In this document: positions 30,594 to 40,684 of the stretch, in pieces
How positions within the stretch are numbered: position 1 is the first letter of the stretch
Layout: every line of letters begins with the position of its first letter
From: Akkermansiaceae bacterium
Lineage (GTDB): Bacteria > Verrucomicrobiota > Verrucomicrobiia > Verrucomicrobiales > Akkermansiaceae
Direction of reading: 5' to 3'
Assembly: GCA_051251915.1 (NCBI GenBank)
Contig: JBPOGF010000006.1
Coordinates: 117,285 to 181,284, forward strand
DNA length: 64,000 nucleotides
Translations under genes and position numbers: made by a program
Notes under the pieces: model-generated
Database searches by the model: none
The model's input: the letters and a program-made list of their open reading frames with translations, nothing else
Told to the model about the DNA's origin: nothing

Positions 30594-30661
30594 ACAGTCT
30601 GTCTATTTAGGATGATTTCAAAGCTTGTGGTGGCTTTTCCGTAGCCTGGCAGTCTGGTGGT

Positions 30662-31684
30662 TTAGCTGGCTGCTGCTTCGCGCATGTCTTCGTCCATGTC
30701 GGTCTCATCCACGATCTCACCTGTGAGTTCCTCGATGATGTCTTCTAGGGTGATGACGCCGTCTACTCCGCCAAATTCGTCTCTGACGATGGCTAGGTGT
30801 TGGCGGCTTTTCTGGAAGATTGGTAAGATTTCATCTGCTTTGTTGCAGTGAAGGACTTCTACTGGGACGTAGCCGTGCATTCTCACTTTTTCTTCACCTT
30901 GGCCTTTTACCATGGCGATAAGGAGGCTAGATTTCAGTACGACTCCTAGGATGTCATCCCTAGAGTCCCCGATGACTACGATGCGGCTGTGCTGGGACTC
31001 CATGACTTCATCGATGACTGATTGGATGGGGACTTCTCCATCAATACAGGTGAGAGAGATGCGGGGAGTCATCAGTTGTCTTGCGTCCATGTCGTTGAGT
31101 TGGAATACGCCGTGGAGCATTTCGAGTTCATCTGCCTCGATGACGCCTTCTTCTTCACCGAGTTGCGCCATGTAGCGGATTTCTCGTTCATCTGTGCTGA
31201 GAACTTGTCTGTCTTTGCCTGTGAATGGCTGGGTCAGGAATTCTACAAGCCAGATGAGAGGGGTGAATATTTTGGTGAGGAATAGCACGGGCTTGGCCAT
31301 GAAGAGGGAAATCTTCACGTTATGCTTCTCGCCGATGGTTTTAGGGATGATCTCAGCAAAGATGATGACCATGAATGTGAGTGATCCTGAGACGACACCA
31401 ACCCAGAAGCTATCAAATTTTGCTGCAGCGAGGATGGTGACTACGGTGGTTCCGACGATGTTTGCGATGTTGTTTAGAATCACAATCATTGAGATAGGAC
31501 GGCTCATTTTCTCGCGGATGATGAGTAGCGATCTTGTTCCGCGTATGCGTTTATTCTTTTCTGCAGGGTCATCAGCCATCTGGCGAACCTTCATAATAGG
31601 CACGGAAAATAGAGCGGCCTCGGTGCCGGAGCAGATTGCTGAAATCAAAATCACCAAAAGGGATGCAATTAAAAGAGTCGTCAT
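30662..31684 (-). CDS. CNNM/DUF21 + CBS domain protein (hemolysin/CorC family)
   Basis: SGTEAALFS, AEIIPKT, MTPR, HSRIVV and DEFGGVDGVITLEDIIEELTGEI motifs. Confidence 0.93.
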   Translation of the reverse strand: MTTLLIASLLVILISAICSGTEAALFSVPIMKVRQMADDPAEKNKRIRGTRSLLIIREKMSRPISMIVILNNIANIVGTTVVTILAAAKFDSFWVGVVSGSLTFMVIIFAEIIPKTIGEKHNVKISLFMAKPVLFLTKIFTPLIWLVEFLTQPFTGKDRQVLSTDEREIRYMAQLGEEEGVIEADELEMLHGVFQLNDMDARQLMTPRISLTCIDGEVPIQSVIDEVMESQHSRIVVIGDSRDDILGVVLKSSLLIAMVKGQGEEKVRMHGYVPVEVLHCNKADEILPIFQKSRQHLAIVRDEFGGVDGVITLEDIIEELTGEIVDETDMDEDMREAAAS

Positions 31685-32000
31685 ATGTGTCTAAGAATTC
31701 TCATTCTATACACGGATAATGTGAGATACAACTAAAACTAACTGATAAATGAACGAGTTATTTCTAAAAGACATCGTCTAGAGGACGGGTGGACGGCGAT
31801 TTCATGTGTAGGGTATATGATTCGAGGAGTAAAATATATGTTTTGGATTAAAGCGGGCGTTTGGGAGTTATGGGGATTATTATTTGACTGAGTGTGTGGC
31901 CAAGATTAGGTGTGTAATGGTGACGGGGTCATTGTAGCGTCTATGTTGATGCTTGTGAGACGTCAGTCATCTTAACTCAATAAAATAGAAATAAAAAACA

Positions 32001-32162
32001 ATGAATAATAGAATAGTAGCAATTGTACTCTCCGTATTAGTCCCACCAATCGCAGTGTTTATCAACAAAGGCATGGGTAAGGATTTGCTGATCAATATTA
32101 TACTGTGTCTGCTTGGTTATATTCCAGGCATCATTCATGCTCTCCTTATCAATACTAAGTGA
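32001..32162 (+). CDS. YqaE/Pmp3-family proteolipid (below the ORF-track cut-off)
   Basis: Manual translation MNNRIVAIVLSVLVPPIAVFINKGMGKDLLINIILCLLGYIPGIIHALLINTK shows the PP.AV and IPG.IHA motifs. Confidence 0.93.
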   Translation: MNNRIVAIVLSVLVPPIAVFINKGMGKDLLINIILCLLGYIPGIIHALLINTK

Positions 32163-32256
32163 TCGTGATCTTGTTATACAGATTTTTAGCAGTGACAGTC
32201 TGAATTTCGCGACATATTGTTTTTAATCATTCAGAATGAATACTAACTACTAATTT

Positions 32257-33162
32257 ATGAAAAAAGTTACTAACTACCTAAAACTAGCATGCGCGTGTAT
32301 TGCGTTTCTTCCTGGTGTGGCTCTTGCGAAAGATCCGGCCAAACTTAAAGTTTTGATCATTGATGGTCAGAATAACCATGATTGGGTCTCTACGACTCCG
32401 GTTCTTGTGGATGTTTTGAATTCTAGCGGTGTCTTTGAGGCTACTGTGAGCACTAGCCCGCCTAAGAAGTCTAAGAAAGGGGCTTGGGCTAAGTGGAATC
32501 CGAAGTTTTCTGATTACGATGCTGTATTGAGTAACTACAATGGTGAGATGTGGCCGGAAGAGGTGCAGAAGAATTTTGTGAAATACGTCAAGGATGGCGG
32601 CGGATTTATTGTGGTGCATGCTGCGGATAATGCATTTGGGAAGTGGAAGGAATATAACCAGATGATCGGAATTGGTGGTTGGGGAGGTAGAGTGCTTGGG
32701 CGCGATGGTGTCTGGGTGCATGCTGAGGATGGGAAGGAGGTACGCGATACAGTATCTGAAGGTAAAGGTGGTGGGCATGGAGCTCGGTATGAATTCCACA
32801 TTGACCATATTCAAGAAGGGCACCCTATTACTAAGGGGCTGCCAAGTAAGTGGCTCCATACGAGAGATGAGCTTTATTGTAAGATGTGTGGACCTGCTGA
32901 GAATATGGAAGTGCAAGCAACTGCGCGTTCTAAGAAGACGAAGCGCAATGAGCCGATGGTGCTTACAGTGAAATTTGGAAAAGGAAGAGTGTTCCATACG
33001 ACTCTGGGGCATGACACTCAGTCTATGCTTTGCCGTGGTTTCTATGAGCTTGTGCAGCGTGGAACTGAGTGGGCTATTACTGGAGAAGTGGAGAGAACTG
33101 CGGATGTTCCTAAGGATTTTCCAACTGCGGATAAAACGTCTCCGGTAGAGATTGCTAAGTAG
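32257..33162 (+). CDS. ThuA-domain protein
   Basis: IIDGQNNHDW, SNYNG, VHAADNAF, DELY, GRVFHTTLGH and RGTEWA motifs. Confidence 0.88.
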   Translation: MKKVTNYLKLACACIAFLPGVALAKDPAKLKVLIIDGQNNHDWVSTTPVLVDVLNSSGVFEATVSTSPPKKSKKGAWAKWNPKFSDYDAVLSNYNGEMWPEEVQKNFVKYVKDGGGFIVVHAADNAFGKWKEYNQMIGIGGWGGRVLGRDGVWVHAEDGKEVRDTVSEGKGGGHGARYEFHIDHIQEGHPITKGLPSKWLHTRDELYCKMCGPAENMEVQATARSKKTKRNEPMVLTVKFGKGRVFHTTLGHDTQSMLCRGFYELVQRGTEWAITGEVERTADVPKDFPTADKTSPVEIAK

Positions 33163-33190
33163 TAGGGATATCTTAAGATTGTAAAATTAC

Positions 33191-33227
33191 GAGCCTCCGT
33201 TGGATTTGATCCTGCGGGGGCTTATTT
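33191..33227 (+). terminator. Probable intrinsic terminator
   Basis: AGCCTCCG..GGAT ttg ATCC..CGGGGGCT followed by TATTT. Confidence 0.55.
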
Positions 33228-33332
33228 CTGGGCAGGGAGGGGTTTTATTCATGCATTTTTCTACGATGAAATTTGGCATCAGGCTCAATTGACGTTTGCT
33301 AAAATGTTACATTGATTTAGGTTTGAGATACT

Positions 33333-33797
33333 ATGGAAAATAATAAACACATTGATCAAACTTTACTCATACTCACAGATCTTGGGAAAGTCCGCGTGCT
33401 TACTTTTACTACACCTGGTGATGATCCGCGCGAAAGAGCACATTTAAAGGAATTGACCGAGAAAGAGTTAGGGAGTCCTGAGGGGGCTGAAACGTCTGAT
33501 ACGCCTGGTAAGTTTAATCGTGGATATAATGCAGGAGAGGGTGAAGCGATGTCGCATGCTGAAACTAAGCTTAATGTGGAAATAGAAAAACGATCTATCA
33601 ATCAAGTTGCTGCTGAGATTTGCGACAAAGTGGCTTTTTATGGTAGTTCTTCCTTCATACTGGCGGCCCCACAAGAGCATCTTAACCGTCTTATGTCAGA
33701 AATGCCTGTAGACTGTCGTGATAAGATCTCAGAATCTCACGGGCTTGATTTGACGAATGAAAAGCTTGCCGACTTAGAAAAGAGATTTCTTAAATAG
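33333..33797 (+). CDS. Host-attachment (AtsE/baeRF-like) family protein
   Basis: SDTPG motif, E.EKR...VA..I, ILAAP..HL..L and C-terminal DLT. Confidence 0.7.
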   Translation: MENNKHIDQTLLILTDLGKVRVLTFTTPGDDPRERAHLKELTEKELGSPEGAETSDTPGKFNRGYNAGEGEAMSHAETKLNVEIEKRSINQVAAEICDKVAFYGSSSFILAAPQEHLNRLMSEMPVDCRDKISESHGLDLTNEKLADLEKRFLK

Positions 33798-33887
33798 TCA
33801 CGAGCTGTGGCTAATGGTTGAGAGTGCTAGATCTAGACTCGAAGCATCTCTCCATAATTATGGTTTAGCTAAATTTTTGAGCTTATT

Positions 33888-33922
33888 GGCTCCCGATGAG
33901 TGAGTTTCGTCGGGAGCTTTTT
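33888..33922 (+). terminator. Intrinsic terminator
   Basis: GGCTCCCGATGAG-tgag-TTTCGTCGGGAGCTTTTT. Confidence 0.85.
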
Positions 33923-34071
33923 ATTTTACAGTGTTGGTGATTTTTTTCATGATGCTGATATTTGCTATTTACTTATATTTAAAGGGTCTTTAGTATTTTT
34001 CTTGAGCAATTGTCTTTTCCGTTTGTGGAAATTTAGTAGAAAAACGGGAGAGTCGTGTATAGAAAACGTAT

Positions 34072-35142
34072 ATGAAGATCATTATAGCATGTGGGGGGAC
34101 TGGCGGGCATTTATTTCCAGGGGTAGCAGTGGCGCAGGAGCTGAGAAGCCGTGGGCATGAGGTGAAGTTGTTGATCTCCCAGAAGAAGGTAGATGCGCAG
34201 GCTAGTGAGAAGTATAAGAATTTAGATTTTGATACGGTGCCTGCTGTGGCTAAGCCGTCGACGTTGTCGCTGAAAATGATTCCGTTTCTGTGGAAGATGT
34301 GGAAGACGATAGGGCAGTGCAAGCGGATGCATAAGGAATTTGGAAGTGATGCGGTGATTGGGATGGGTGGATTTACTTCGTTGGCACCTGTGCTGGCTGG
34401 TCATAAATTAGGTGTTAAAGCGTATGTTCATGATAGTAATGCACTGCCAGGGAAGGCGAATAGGCTGACGGCTAAGTGGTGTGATAAGGTGTTCATTGGT
34501 TTTGAAGAGGCACGACAATATTTTCCTAATAATGAGGTAGAGCTGACGGGGACTCCGGTGCGTGATGAAATCCGTAGTTTGCCTAAGAGGAGTGAAGCGG
34601 CGGCGAAGCTTGGTGTGGATCCGGAGTTGAAAACGGTGTTGGTGATGGGTGGAAGCCAGGGGGCGATGCGGTTAAATAGTCTTGTGGTGGAGGCCTCTAA
34701 GGCGATGCCTGGGGTGCAGTTTTTACAGATCACGGGGAATGGTGATTATGAGCGGGTGAAGACTGAGCTGGGCGATACTAAAAATCATAAGTTGTTAGCA
34801 TTTTGTGATGACATGGCAGCGGCGTATGCGGTGAGTGATATTGGGGTGATGCGCTCTGGAGCATCGAGTCTGACTGAACTTGCATACATTGGCACAGCGA
34901 GTATTTTGGTGCCTTATCCAACAGCTGCTGATGATCATCAGACACGCAATGCGGAGGTCTTTGAGAAGGCAGGAGCGGCTCTTCTGAGGAAGGAGTCGGG
35001 TTTGGATGCGGGTGAGCTTGTAGCGGATCTGACAGCGATTCTTGATGACACTGAAAGGTTAGTAAATATGGCTGCGGCAGCAGAAGGGCTGGCGGTGAAG
35101 GATGCGGCGGAGAGGATCTGCAAGATTGTAGAAGCGAAGTAA
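34072..35142 (+). CDS. murG: Lipid II GlcNAc transferase MurG
   Basis: GGTGGHLFPG, GMGGF, TGTPVR, GGSQGA, RSGASS..E and DHQTRNA motifs. Confidence 0.97.
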   Translation: MKIIIACGGTGGHLFPGVAVAQELRSRGHEVKLLISQKKVDAQASEKYKNLDFDTVPAVAKPSTLSLKMIPFLWKMWKTIGQCKRMHKEFGSDAVIGMGGFTSLAPVLAGHKLGVKAYVHDSNALPGKANRLTAKWCDKVFIGFEEARQYFPNNEVELTGTPVRDEIRSLPKRSEAAAKLGVDPELKTVLVMGGSQGAMRLNSLVVEASKAMPGVQFLQITGNGDYERVKTELGDTKNHKLLAFCDDMAAAYAVSDIGVMRSGASSLTELAYIGTASILVPYPTAADDHQTRNAEVFEKAGAALLRKESGLDAGELVADLTAILDDTERLVNMAAAAEGLAVKDAAERICKIVEAK

Positions 35143-35169
35143 CTATTAAGATTTAGAGAGAGTAAGAAG

Positions 35170-37482
35170 ATGAAAATTAAAGAATTAAGCGTACGACTAA
35201 CACAACGAAGCGAGCCTTTGAGAGTGCATCTTATCGGTGTGGCTGGCTCTGGGATGAGTGGCTTGGCTCTGCTTTTGATCGGGATGGGGCATAAGGTTAG
35301 TGGTTGCGATAGGGTGACGAGTAAGGAGACTGAGCGGATGAAGGGGCTGGGCCTTATTTTTAGTAGCCCGCATAATGAGGAGAGCATAGAGGATGCGGAT
35401 GTGGTGGTGTTTAGTTCGGCGATCCGTGATGAGAATGTGGCGCTTGCTGGTGCGCGCAAACGTGGGATTCATTGTATCCGTAGAGCGGAATGTTTGGCAG
35501 CAATTTTAGGGACTAAGAAGGGGATCGTGATCAGTGGGACGCATGGTAAGACGACGACGTCTGCGATGAGTGCGCATTTATTACGTAGAGGAGCGGTGAA
35601 TCCGAGTCATTACGTGGGTGCTGAGATTCCGGTATTAGGAACGAACGCGCACTGGGAAGAAGAGGGGGAGGCGATGGTAGCTGAGGGTGATGAAAGTGAT
35701 GGAACGCTTGCGCTTTATTGTCCAGAGCATGCGGTGGTGCTAAATATGGAGGAGGAGCATTTAGATTTTTATTCTGGGTTGGATCACATTAAAGAGGTGT
35801 TTAACCGGTTGTTAGATCAGACTTCGGGGAAGATCATTTACTGTAAGGAATGTCCGAATGCGACGGATGTTTGTGCGGGCAGGGAGGGGAGTATCTCTTA
35901 TGGGTGGAGTGATGCTGATTTTACGGCGACTGATGTGCGTGAAACTGGGGGAACTGTGGCGTTTAATGTGAATTTTAAAGGGAAGAATGTTGGGAGGGTG
36001 GAGCTGGGAATTCCGGGGTTGCATAATGCGTTGAATGCATTGGCTGCGCTTGCTGTTGCTCATGTTTCAGGAGTTCCGTTTAATGAATGTGCACGAGCGT
36101 TGGCAACATTTGCTGGTGCTAAGCGGAGGTTTGAGACGAAGTATTTTTCTGATAAGGTACGTATTATTGATGATTACGGGCATCATCCTACTGAGGTGGC
36201 GGCTACGCTGCAGACGGCGAAGTCATTAGGGTCTAATCGAGTGTTGGTAGTATTTCAGCCGCATAGATTTAGCCGGACTCAGAAGTTGGCTAGTGATTTT
36301 GGGAAAGTGTTGCAAGCTGCGGACAGGGTGTTTGTGACAGATATTTATCCTGCGAGTGAGTTACCTATAGAGGGTGTGACTGCGCAGACTATTGTGGATG
36401 CGATGAAGGCGCATGGGGAGACTAAGGCTGAGGTGGTAGGTTCAGTGGAGCAGGCGCATCATGCGGTGGGGAATGCGTTGCGTGAAGGAGATCTACTGAT
36501 CACATTGGGTGCGGGAAATGTTCATGAAATTGGCAATAAGATAGTGAGAGACATCCAAGTGTTAGAGGATGTTTTGCGAGTAGCGCGAGATGCTGGAGAC
36601 TCTGAGGCGAGTGGTGAACTCTATGAACCGATGCGTAAGCATTCTACCATGTTAGTGGGTGGGCCTGCTCAGTTTTGGTTAGAACCTGGGACGTTTGCAG
36701 GCTTTGGGAAGATGGTGAAGTATTGCCGTGACCGGGGTATTCCTGTGCGAGTTGTGGGGCGTGGATCTAATTTGTTAGTGAGACAAGGTGGAATCCCTGG
36801 AGCTGTTATTCATCCTAGTAAGGGAGTGTTTGGTGAGGTGACTGCCGATGGAGAAATCCTTAGCTCTGGAGTTGGTGTGAGATTTAAGAAGTTGGCTAGT
36901 GTAGCGCAGGTGAATGGTCTGACTGGGTTCGAGTGGATGGAGGGTATTCCTGGAAACGTAGGTGGTGGATTGCGCATGAATGCGGGGGCTATGGGGACGG
37001 AGAGTTTTGATCAGGTGGTGGATGTGACGTTTCTCGATGAGGATGGTGAGATACGCACGCGAACATGTGAAGAGATAGAGCATTACTATAGGAATGTGCC
37101 TTCGTTGAGGCGGAATTTTGCTCTTAGTGCGCGGTTCCGTGGCGAGCTGGGTGATGCTGAGGAAATACAGGCGAAGATGGATGAGTCATCAAGCAAGCGC
37201 AAAAGCTCACAGCCGCGTGCGGCTAGTGCAGGTTGTGTATTTAAGAACCCTGAGGAAATGCCAGCTGGGATGTTGGTGGATGTTTTGGGCTGCAAGGATA
37301 TGGCTGTGGGGAAAGCGAGAGTCTCGCTGGAGCATGGTAATTTCATTGTGAATGATGGCAGGGCTACTGCTGATGAGGTGTTGGAGTTGATCTCCAAGAT
37401 AAGGAAAAAAGCACGTGATGAAAAAGGCATCGAGCTAGATACCGAGGTGCAGATCATTGGTGAGGACGAATCATTATTTTAA
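35170..37482 (+). CDS. murC: MurC-MurB fusion (UDP-MurNAc-L-Ala ligase + UDP-GlcNAc-enolpyruvate reductase)
   Basis: N-terminal GVAGSGMS, GTHGKTTT, EGDESDG, DDYGHHP and FQPHR (MurC); C-terminal GGPA, GRGSNLL, GIPGNVGG..MNAGA, SAGCVFKNP and HGNFIVN (MurB), all in one frame. Confidence 0.96.
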   Translation: MKIKELSVRLTQRSEPLRVHLIGVAGSGMSGLALLLIGMGHKVSGCDRVTSKETERMKGLGLIFSSPHNEESIEDADVVVFSSAIRDENVALAGARKRGIHCIRRAECLAAILGTKKGIVISGTHGKTTTSAMSAHLLRRGAVNPSHYVGAEIPVLGTNAHWEEEGEAMVAEGDESDGTLALYCPEHAVVLNMEEEHLDFYSGLDHIKEVFNRLLDQTSGKIIYCKECPNATDVCAGREGSISYGWSDADFTATDVRETGGTVAFNVNFKGKNVGRVELGIPGLHNALNALAALAVAHVSGVPFNECARALATFAGAKRRFETKYFSDKVRIIDDYGHHPTEVAATLQTAKSLGSNRVLVVFQPHRFSRTQKLASDFGKVLQAADRVFVTDIYPASELPIEGVTAQTIVDAMKAHGETKAEVVGSVEQAHHAVGNALREGDLLITLGAGNVHEIGNKIVRDIQVLEDVLRVARDAGDSEASGELYEPMRKHSTMLVGGPAQFWLEPGTFAGFGKMVKYCRDRGIPVRVVGRGSNLLVRQGGIPGAVIHPSKGVFGEVTADGEILSSGVGVRFKKLASVAQVNGLTGFEWMEGIPGNVGGGLRMNAGAMGTESFDQVVDVTFLDEDGEIRTRTCEEIEHYYRNVPSLRRNFALSARFRGELGDAEEIQAKMDESSSKRKSSQPRAASAGCVFKNPEEMPAGMLVDVLGCKDMAVGKARVSLEHGNFIVNDGRATADEVLELISKIRKKARDEKGIELDTEVQIIGEDESLF

Positions 37483-37511
37483 AAGTTAATAAAAGATAGA
37501 GAGAATAGAGA

Positions 37512-38432
37512 ATGGATAAGAATTTAAAAATAGCAGTGGCCATGGGAGGTCCAGGGTCAGAGCATGATGTGTCAATGGCATCTGGTAAAGCTGTGCTGAA
37601 GGCTCTAACAGATGCTGGGTGTAATGCGGTGGAGTTGATCGTGAGTGACTTTTCTATTGTTGCACCGGAGGGTGTGGATGTGGTGTTTAACACTATTCAC
37701 GGGACCTTTGGTGAGAATGGTGATTTACAGAGGCTGTTAGATGAGCAGGGGGTTGCCTATACGGGTGGCGGAGCAGTTAGTAGTGAGTTGGCCTTCGATA
37801 AAGTCTTGAGTAAAAAGAGGTTTATAGAGGCTGGAGTTCCTACTCCTGTGAGTGAGATAGTGGATTGCACGGATGGTTTCAAGATGCCTGAAATGGCGCT
37901 GCCGTATGTGGTGAAGCCACCACGTGAGGGTTCAAGTGTGGGGGTGCATATTTGCCGGACTGCTGACGAGGCTAAAGCTGCGATGGAGGATGCTACTAAG
38001 TTTAGTAATGATGTTTTGATCGAGCAGTTGGTTGAAGGGAAAGAGCTCACTGTAGGTGTGCTGGATGGCGAGGTTCTGCCGATCGTGCATATTGCGCCGC
38101 GGAGTGGATTTTACGATATGAAGAACAAGTATCCTTGGATGACTGGTGACGGCGGTACGGATTATTATTGCCCTGCTGATCTTAGTCCTGAGGTGACTAA
38201 GGTGGTGCAGTCTGCAGCTCTTGCTGCTCATAATTCACTGGGTGTGGAGGTTTATTCTAGAGTGGATGTTCTGTTAGATGCTGATGAAAACCCGTATGTT
38301 TTGGAGGCGAATACGATTCCTGGGATGACAGCTAGTAGTTTGTTGCCTAAGTCAGCTCAGGCTGCTGGCTATGAGTTTGCGGAGCTTTGTATGAAGATTA
38401 TCGATATATCAATGAGCACTCCAAGGGGGTGA
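37512..38432 (+). CDS. ddl: D-alanine--D-alanine ligase
   Basis: GGPGSEHDVS, HGTFGENG, KPPREGSSVGV, SRVD and EANTIPGMT..SLLP motifs. Confidence 0.97.
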   Translation: MDKNLKIAVAMGGPGSEHDVSMASGKAVLKALTDAGCNAVELIVSDFSIVAPEGVDVVFNTIHGTFGENGDLQRLLDEQGVAYTGGGAVSSELAFDKVLSKKRFIEAGVPTPVSEIVDCTDGFKMPEMALPYVVKPPREGSSVGVHICRTADEAKAAMEDATKFSNDVLIEQLVEGKELTVGVLDGEVLPIVHIAPRSGFYDMKNKYPWMTGDGGTDYYCPADLSPEVTKVVQSAALAAHNSLGVEVYSRVDVLLDADENPYVLEANTIPGMTASSLLPKSAQAAGYEFAELCMKIIDISMSTPRG

Positions 38433-38452
38433 GATTAGTAGAGAATTGAATT

Positions 38453-39445
38453 ATGTTTAAGAAGAAAACGAGTAAATTGAAACGGAACAAGCGCACGAGA
38501 CATGATCGTGAGCTTGATCTGAATGTGTCGTCGCCGCGCATCGTTTTCTTCCAGTCTCTGAAAGCGATTCGAGGAATGATGAAGACGATTATCATTCTGT
38601 TGATTGTTGGTAGTGGGTGTTGGTTTGGTTACAAACAGATTAGTGATCACTTTAATAATAACGAGGAGTTTGCTATTAAAAGTTCACCTGTGACTAATTT
38701 TGAAGGTAAGCCAACGGTGGTGTTACCTAGATTGCGTGTATTAGAAATAGCAAATGTTGATCTTGGTGGAACGATTTTCAGTGTGGATCTTGATGAGGTG
38801 AAACGATTGCTTCTGGATCGACCTGAGATCCGAGATGTGAAAGTGAAGCGCACTTTGCCTAATACGATTGATATACAGATCGATGAGCGTGTGCCGGTGG
38901 CATGGTTGTCATGCAGGGAGTTGGGATTAGCTGGGCGTAGTCCGCATAAAGGGGTTTTGTTAGACGCGACAGGGGTAAGTTTTATGTGCGAGAAAGATTT
39001 CTGGAGGGTGGCTAAAAACTTACCTGTGATTGAGGTGTCGAGTAATTCAAAAACAGAATTTCCAATTGGAAAGAAGATGCGGAATGCTGATGCTGAGCGA
39101 GCCTTGAGTCTGGTGCTAAAGTTGCGAGAGATGGATAAGCAGCCGTGGGCGATTGATAGGGTGAAGGTGGAAAATTTTTACACTCTGCATGTGATTAGTA
39201 AAGATGGAGTGGTGGCTGTGTGCGGGATGCATGATCACGATCGACAGTTACATCAGCTTATACTAGCACGTGAGCATGCAGTGCAAAATCAAAAGGAGTT
39301 AGCATGGATAGATCTTAGACCTAAGACGAATATTCCGGCTCATTACAAGGGTGGGGGGGCGGTGTTGCCTCACGACTACACACCAAAAAGCGTGGAGGAC
39401 GATGGGCTAGATCCATCGACTAGGAGTATATTGAATCAAAATTAA
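38453..39445 (+). CDS. ftsQ: Cell division protein FtsQ/DivIB
   Basis: One TM helix, POTRA motif V.V.R.LP..I.I.I.ER.PVA, C-terminal IDLR; located between ddl and ftsA. Confidence 0.88.
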   Translation: MFKKKTSKLKRNKRTRHDRELDLNVSSPRIVFFQSLKAIRGMMKTIIILLIVGSGCWFGYKQISDHFNNNEEFAIKSSPVTNFEGKPTVVLPRLRVLEIANVDLGGTIFSVDLDEVKRLLLDRPEIRDVKVKRTLPNTIDIQIDERVPVAWLSCRELGLAGRSPHKGVLLDATGVSFMCEKDFWRVAKNLPVIEVSSNSKTEFPIGKKMRNADAERALSLVLKLREMDKQPWAIDRVKVENFYTLHVISKDGVVAVCGMHDHDRQLHQLILAREHAVQNQKELAWIDLRPKTNIPAHYKGGGAVLPHDYTPKSVEDDGLDPSTRSILNQN

Positions 39446-39454
39446 TCTGAGAGA

Positions 39455-40675
39455 ATGGCAAAATCAACAATACATGTAGGACTAGAGATAGGGACCAGCA
39501 AGACCTGTATGGTAGTGGGAGAAGTGAAGGCGGATGGCTCTGTGAAGATTCTAGGCGTTGGGGAGACTAAGAGTGTGGGAGTGAGGAAGGGAGAGATTTC
39601 AGATTTCCACCAAGTCCGCACTTGCGTGCGTGAGGCGTTATTAGAGGCGGAAGATGTCTGTGATGTGGAGATCACGAGTATTATTCTCTCGGTGACAGGT
39701 TCGCATATCCAAGGGGTGAATAACCGTGGGACTTTCCGACTTCCTGATGAAGACAGTGAGGTAGAAGAAGAGCATATTTTAGAAGCTGATGAGATAGCGC
39801 AAGACGTCGCTATGCCTAGTGATAATGTTTATTTACTCAATGTGATTCGTCATTATTGGTTAGATGGTCAGCAGCATATAACAAAGCCACTTGGGCTTTT
39901 AGGGAAGACGCTGGAAGCAGATTATCATATTATTCATGGGAATAAACTTAGGATACAGAACAGTTTGAAGTGTGTGAGAGAGATCCCATTAGATGTTGAT
40001 GCGGTAGTGTTCGCGCCTATTGCATCGGCTCAGATAGCGCTGAACCGCGAGCGGAAAGATGAAGGAGCGTTGGTGATTGATATTGGAGGAGGGACCACTG
40101 ATTACGTTCTCTATATCAATGGTGCTGTAGAGGCATCAGGGTGTATCCCAGTTGGTGGAGATCATATTAGTAATGATATTCATCTGGTGACGCATATTCC
40201 ATTATCAAAAGCAGAGCAGGTAAAGAAGACTGAGGGTGACGCATCAGGAGATGCTGCTAAGTCTGTGGGTATAGTGACTATTGAAGATGAAAAGGGTTTT
40301 CCTGATATCGAGATAAAGCGTCAGCTATTGAATGATATTATACGGGGTAGAATGTTAGAAACTCTAGGTTTCGTGAAAGAGAAACTACCAGAGGACTCAT
40401 TGAAAAATGTAGGTACTGGGGTGTTCTTGACTGGAGGAACTAGTTTGATGCGTGGTATGGGGGAGCTTACCAATGAAGTTTTCGGGCTCCCTGTTTACCG
40501 TCCGGAGCAACCAGAGGTATCAGGTGTTCAGGCCTATTTCAGAGATCCGCAGTATTCGACGGCGGTGGGACTTATTCGTTATGCTCAGATTATCGAGGAA
40601 GAGAAAAACGAGCGGAAATCAAAGAACGGTTTCATCAATAAGCTTTCTAAATTCCTTCCGTTTGGATCACATTAA
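39455..40675 (+). CDS. ftsA: Cell division protein FtsA
   Basis: GLEIGTSK, IDIGGGTTD, GGDHISNDI, LTGGTS and YSTAVGL motifs; C-terminal amphipathic helix. Confidence 0.97.
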   Translation: MAKSTIHVGLEIGTSKTCMVVGEVKADGSVKILGVGETKSVGVRKGEISDFHQVRTCVREALLEAEDVCDVEITSIILSVTGSHIQGVNNRGTFRLPDEDSEVEEEHILEADEIAQDVAMPSDNVYLLNVIRHYWLDGQQHITKPLGLLGKTLEADYHIIHGNKLRIQNSLKCVREIPLDVDAVVFAPIASAQIALNRERKDEGALVIDIGGGTTDYVLYINGAVEASGCIPVGGDHISNDIHLVTHIPLSKAEQVKKTEGDASGDAAKSVGIVTIEDEKGFPDIEIKRQLLNDIIRGRMLETLGFVKEKLPEDSLKNVGTGVFLTGGTSLMRGMGELTNEVFGLPVYRPEQPEVSGVQAYFRDPQYSTAVGLIRYAQIIEEEKNERKSKNGFINKLSKFLPFGSH

Positions 40676-40684
40676 CTGATATTT

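Noticed and set aside
33805..33870. Long possible hairpin downstream of the host-attachment gene as an ncRNA
   Set aside because: Pairing depends heavily on G-U pairs and there is no family motif.
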